DNA of 64,000 nucleotides from Promethearchaeota archaeon (GTDB lineage Archaea; Asgardarchaeota; Lokiarchaeia; Sigyniarchaeales; SOKP01): NCBI GenBank assembly GCA_048940925.1, contig JBHLOC010000017.1, positions 22,636 to 86,635 of the forward strand, read 5' to 3'. Shown piece by piece: positions 60,105 to 64,000 of this stretch (position 1 is its first letter; each line of letters starts with the position of its first letter). The notes under the pieces were generated by a model. It saw only the letters and a program-made list of their open reading frames with translations, ran no database searches and was not told where the DNA came from. The position numbers and the translations under genes were made by a program.

Positions 60105-62360
60105 ATGTCTTTAAAAGAATTTACGAAGGAAGTATTCACTCGATATGGATTTACTGAAGAGCATATCAATATCTATTTGGTATATTTAAGAGTTCCCCGC
60201 GCTACAACTTCTGAAGTTTATATGACGCTTGTTGAAGAGTATGAAGATTTACAGTATGAAACTGTAGTAGAAGTCACTAATTGGCTAGTTGAAAAAGGTT
60301 TCCTAAAAAAAATTGAAGGAATAGTTGATAGATACATTCCTCTTGAACCTTTCTTTGAGTTATTTACTAATGAATCTGAAATTTTTAGAGATGAAATAGC
60401 AAAGATAAAAGATAATATTTTGAGCGATCAATCTAGTCGTTTTGAGAAACTTGAGGGAATACAAAATAATAGTCTTCAAGAAATAGAAAAAGCTGTAGAT
60501 ACTCAGATTAAGGATTTTTTTGAAGATTCAGATACAAAAAGTAATAATAAAAAAAATAGAATTGAAAGGGCAACTAATCGATTTACTGAAACTAGTAAAG
60601 CTCTTGAGAATAATATACATACAATTGTGGACACATTAAACATAAAACTAAAAAATATATCTGGATCGAGTGTGAGCAACAATGAAACTGAGATAAATAA
60701 GACAAAAGAGAATTTAACTACTTTAATTCAAAATTTATTAAATGATTTTTCAACAAGAGTTGAAAATTTAGATAAAGAGTTAAAAATGGATCTTGATGAG
60801 CACGTAGAGAGACATAAAAATATTGCAAATCAGTTAAAACCAAAAATGGAGCAAATTTTAGAGAAATACTTGGAGCGTATGGATAAAGTAGTTGCAGATC
60901 TAAAAGAAAGGATTTCAAATATATTAAAAGAACATACATCTCATGTTAAAAACACTACCGACACCTTACAAATGAATTTAAAAGCTACTGTGGATGATAG
61001 ACATCGTACACTTATCACCCAGACTAATGATTTTAAAAATATGACTTTAACATTAATAGACAATTTACTTGAACATGCGAATAGATTCACTGATTTTTCC
61101 GAAGATATGGCTAAAAAGGGATTTTTCTGGATGGGAAAAAAGAAAAAATACAAAGCAAGGCATGAAACCACTATACAAAACATTTTAACTTACACTGAGC
61201 CAATGAAAGAGAACTTTATTAAAGAAAGTGATGAGTATATCCAAAATACAAGGAATACCACAGATCAAGTTAAAACTGATGTCACAAGTATCATGTCAAC
61301 TGAACATGAAAATCTAGCTGTTGAAACTAATGATTTAAATTATAAAGCTCAAGAAACCATTGAAGCTCAATTGGAAACCTTAGCTACAGATATGGCGGGT
61401 GAAGTTGATGATACATTGCAAAGTGGTATCAAAGATTGCTCTGATACTACCCTTAAATTAAAAGATTCTTTAGAAAACTCTCTAAAACAGCATCATCGCC
61501 AATATGATGAATCAATCACTAATCATAGAGAAAGTTCTCTAAGACATTATACAAATTTTGATACTGAAATTAAGAGAATAAATGCAGATTGGACGAGAGA
61601 AGTTGATACTGAATTTACTAACGGTAAAAGAGATTGTTCAGAAAAGATAAATAGCGAAATTAGTCTATGGGACACTGAATCGAGAGATATGGATAATAAC
61701 CTCTCGACTATGCTTACAGATCATAAATCAAAATATGAACAAAACGCAAAAACCTTGCAAAATAGTTTATCAAATACCACACAAGACACCATTCAAAATG
61801 TAAAAGATGCTATTGCCGACTTTACCCTTCAATTTATGAATTCAATTGATGACGCAACTGAACTTGGTGAAAATAATGAAGGAAAATTAAAAGATATTCA
61901 TATTGCTTCTAGCTCAATCCCAGAAATATCTAAGGTTACATCTTGGCAGGTAATAGGCAGACAGGCCATGATAAATGCTATGAAAGACGCAATTTATCGT
62001 GTTAAATCCTCAATTATAATAGTCACCCCCGTTGTTGTCCCTGAGATCTTACAAGTTGTTTCTGAATATGCCTTTCAAAAGAAGGCAGCTAGATTTATGC
62101 TCACCTCTCATTTTGATCTTCAAACTTACTCTGGAATAATTAAAAAGATGCAACAGTTAGGAAATATACAATTTCGACAATTACAAACACCAGCAGATTT
62201 CTATGCACTAACTCGCGATGCAGAAGAAGTAATCCTTTGTCCTCATTCAGAAAAAGAATCAGAGATGATCGCGGTTGTTTCTAATCAGACAGCTTATTCC
62301 ATCCTATATTCCCAATTCATAGGACCTATATTTCAAGCGAATAGCCGCCCGATCAAATAG
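60105..62360 (+). CDS. TrmB-like wHTH, ~530-aa helical/coiled-coil insert, TrmB-type (PLD-fold) C-terminal domain
   Basis: N-terminal GFTEEHINIYL...LVEKGFL...RYIPLEP. C-terminal VIGRQAMINAMKDAIYRVKSSIIIVTP...TRDAEEVIL. Confidence 0.75.
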   Translation: MSLKEFTKEVFTRYGFTEEHINIYLVYLRVPRATTSEVYMTLVEEYEDLQYETVVEVTNWLVEKGFLKKIEGIVDRYIPLEPFFELFTNESEIFRDEIAKIKDNILSDQSSRFEKLEGIQNNSLQEIEKAVDTQIKDFFEDSDTKSNNKKNRIERATNRFTETSKALENNIHTIVDTLNIKLKNISGSSVSNNETEINKTKENLTTLIQNLLNDFSTRVENLDKELKMDLDEHVERHKNIANQLKPKMEQILEKYLERMDKVVADLKERISNILKEHTSHVKNTTDTLQMNLKATVDDRHRTLITQTNDFKNMTLTLIDNLLEHANRFTDFSEDMAKKGFFWMGKKKKYKARHETTIQNILTYTEPMKENFIKESDEYIQNTRNTTDQVKTDVTSIMSTEHENLAVETNDLNYKAQETIEAQLETLATDMAGEVDDTLQSGIKDCSDTTLKLKDSLENSLKQHHRQYDESITNHRESSLRHYTNFDTEIKRINADWTREVDTEFTNGKRDCSEKINSEISLWDTESRDMDNNLSTMLTDHKSKYEQNAKTLQNSLSNTTQDTIQNVKDAIADFTLQFMNSIDDATELGENNEGKLKDIHIASSSIPEISKVTSWQVIGRQAMINAMKDAIYRVKSSIIIVTPVVVPEILQVVSEYAFQKKAARFMLTSHFDLQTYSGIIKKMQQLGNIQFRQLQTPADFYALTRDAEEVILCPHSEKESEMIAVVSNQTAYSILYSQFIGPIFQANSRPIK

Positions 62361-62736
62361 TTATGGCTGAAAGATTCAACCAAATAATACGGTTAGCAGA
62401 AAGTTAATATTATAATATTTAATCCTTTTCTCTTTTCTACTTTTATATCCTAAAAGTAAAAAATTGTTAATAATCAAATTACTTTTTTCTTTTTATGATT
62501 TGTTTATTCAATTACTCAAATATCTTGAACTAGTAAGTCAATAGATGGGATAAATTCAATTATTCAGAATCTTTTACTTAGAATAAGAAGTAATAATATT
62601 CTGTATTACCAAAAGAAGTATATCGATCAACTAATCACTATATATAGACTAATGAATGAGCTTTTTGAAAGTATATGTTGAATTAACTATAGAAAAATTT
62701 AAAAAAAAATAAAAAGTTAAATAAAATAATTAAGAT

Positions 62737-62754
62737 CTCCTAGTAAACTAGGAG
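62737..62754 (-). terminator. Hairpin plus U-rich tract ending the minus-strand microprotein unit
   Basis: Perfect inverted repeat CTCCTAGT-AA-ACTAGGAG, followed on the minus strand by long T runs. Confidence 0.55.
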
Positions 62755-62769
62755 TTTAGTACAGTATTT

Positions 62770-62820
62770 CTAGAATACTGCGGCGATTGCTATTAAGATA
62801 AGGTAAATTAGACTGACCAT
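62770..62820 (-). CDS. Candidate 16-aa hydrophobic micropeptide MVSLIYLILIAIAAVF
   Basis: Consensus GGAGGTG RBS (62838-62832). The stop codon lies within a second hairpin (CAGTATT...AATACTG). Confidence 0.55.
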   Translation of the reverse strand: MVSLIYLILIAIAAVF

Positions 62821-62862
62821 AATTATCTTTTCACCTCCACTTTGTAATTTTTAATATTTTTT

Positions 62863-63051
62863 TTATTTAGATAGTAATCCATCAAGATGCTCAATTTGCC
62901 GATTTAATTTGCTTAGCACTTGGCAAGCATCAAAATTCGCAAACACTTGAGTTATGACTTTTTTCTGGATTGAATGTGATTTTTGAGCAATTTGCTGAAC
63001 AGTAAATAAATAATCATAATATTTCATATCTGTCCTATTTTTTCTTTCCAT
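62863..63051 (-). CDS. 62-aa hypothetical helical protein
   Basis: GAGTGAT RBS upstream. Directly precedes the micropeptide. Confidence 0.55.
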   Translation of the reverse strand: MERKNRTDMKYYDYLFTVQQIAQKSHSIQKKVITQVFANFDACQVLSKLNRQIEHLDGLLSK

Positions 63052-63316
63052 TTTTTTATCACTCTTTTTTTTTTTTGTTTTTAATTTTAATATGCATACA
63101 ATTCCATATATAGTTTTTACTATCGAATATTATAGGAACTTCGAATTAATTAAGAAGTTTTAGAATTACTAAAAAACATTATATATAATCATTAAAAAAT
63201 GAAATTAGACTTAGTAAAGACCTGATTTCTTGAGACAAGATTAAATAATCAATAGAGATTAAATAGTAAAAATTCGATTGTTAAAAAGATATAAAAATAG
63301 AGAGGAGAAGATTAAC

Positions 63317-63436
63317 TTGTGTGCAATTGTAGTTGAGGAGTTTGGAATGATTACTATTAAAGATATCTCTAAATCATTCCCTGGGCATGAAGAAGTTTTA
63401 GTAAAAATTTAAGCAGATTTATGGTGCTATTCATAA
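63317..63436 (+). pseudogene. N-terminal remnant of a zinc-dependent (MDR) alcohol dehydrogenase
   Basis: (M)CAIVVEEFGMITIKDISKSFPGHEEVLVKI*ADLWCYS*. Matches the MKA.V....G......P.PG..EVLVK...C.SD pattern. AGAGGAG RBS. Confidence 0.55.
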
Positions 63437-63549
63437 TAATTTATTTTTACTTCTTTTCAATCTCAACTATAAAATTAGAAAATAAAGCTACACTAAGGTA
63501 AGAAATATAATAAAAAAAAAAGAGAATAATTTTAGAAATAATTATAGCT

Positions 63550-63777
63550 TTAAAGTGCTCGTAATGCTTTATCAAGTTCCTCAAGTTGCTCCTTTGTAAA
63601 TTGTCCAGGAGCCATTTGTTCGGAATATTCTTGAATCTGGCGTAAACTAAAGCCCATAGCCATTTGAGCTTGAGGACTTTCAACGAGTTGCTTCACTCTT
63701 TCTCTGAGGAAATTTCCAGAAACCTCATCTTCTAAAAGCTCTCCGAGCGTCATGTCAACATTATATTTATCTGGCAT
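63550..63777 (-). CDS. 75-aa small helical protein
   Basis: AAGGAG RBS. Pattern TLGELLED...MAMGFSLRQI...LEELDKAL. Confidence 0.8.
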   Translation of the reverse strand: MPDKYNVDMTLGELLEDEVSGNFLRERVKQLVESPQAQMAMGFSLRQIQEYSEQMAPGQFTKEQLEELDKALRAL

Positions 63778-63925
63778 TTTTTATTAACTCCTTCTTATTT
63801 TCTGATATTAAAGTTAGACTTTAATATTTGAATTTAATTCTTCAACTGATATAAATGTTTTTTAAGGAGAGTATGCAGATTAAAAATTTTTAACAAAATC
63901 AAGAGCTAAAAAAAATTTTATTTGT

Positions 63926-64000
63926 TCAATCCCATTTAGGACCTCCACTCTTTTCGACAGTGTTATCATCATCTTCAGAGTGGATTCTTTTTAAGTCGAT
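63926..64000 (-). CDS. 3' end of a CDS truncated by the window edge (...IDLKRIHSEDDDNTVEKSGGPKWD*)
   Basis: Open frame from the window edge to TGA at 63928-63926. Confidence 0.55.
   Translation of the reverse strand: MDLKRIHSEDDDNTVEKSGGPKWD

Noticed and set aside
3388-61183. Many short ORFs in the track that lie antisense to, or out of frame within, long genes (e.g. 3388..3702, 7327..7551, 12991..13311, 26466..26795, 30866..31144, 34584..34883, 60941..61183)
   Set aside because: They overlap well-supported genes and have no motifs or RBS. They are shadow ORFs.
62363-62407. 14-codon ORF MAERFNQIIRLAES directly after the TrmB-like gene
   Set aside because: No RBS or distinguishing features, and too short to support.
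63447-63683. 78-aa ORF overlapping 63550..63777 on the same strand
   Set aside because: Alternative frame with no RBS and a low-complexity tail. The 75-aa ORF has an AAGGAG RBS and protein-like composition.
1-64000. CRISPR arrays, tRNA/rRNA genes, IS elements, integrases
   Set aside because: No regularly spaced repeats, GC-rich structured RNA blocks or recombinase motifs were seen by eye. Intergenic poly-A/T runs fit archaeal terminators. A covariance-model scan would be needed to exclude small ncRNAs.

Overview
AT-rich prokaryotic chromosomal window, very probably from an Asgard archaeon (Lokiarchaeia-like). This rests on the archaeal TFB, archaeal/eukaryote-type ProRS, deoxyhypusine synthase, pyruvoyl arginine decarboxylase, BRE/TATA promoters, GGTGA/GGAGG ribosome-binding sites and Loki-type Zn-ribbon proteins. 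Content from left to right: (i) a PatB/MalY aminotransferase and a membrane-biogenesis-like operon (radical SAM, DUF106/EMC3, GtrA, coiled coil); (ii) a flavin/Fe-S redox cluster (acyl-CoA dehydrogenase, three CCG proteins, two GlcD-type oxidases, a GlpA-type G3P dehydrogenase triad, LarA); (iii) tfb, a PlsY-kinase fusion and proS; (iv) an ~18 kb oligosaccharide uptake and phosphorolysis island (two GH94, one GH130, Opp-type ABC, regulators, rhomboid) bracketed by proS and a degenerate second copy of the proS 3' end; (v) amino-acid and polyamine genes; (vi) a surface protein with an HFS autoproteolysis-like motif paired with a membrane-tethered wHTH regulator; (vii) leuA-leuC-leuD preceded by a Leu-rich uORF and hairpins; (viii) a TrmB-type protein split by a ~530-aa helical insert with a central aromatic/basic tip. 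No rRNA, tRNA, CRISPR array, integrase or transposase was seen. All calls come from motif recognition by eye; no database searches were run.
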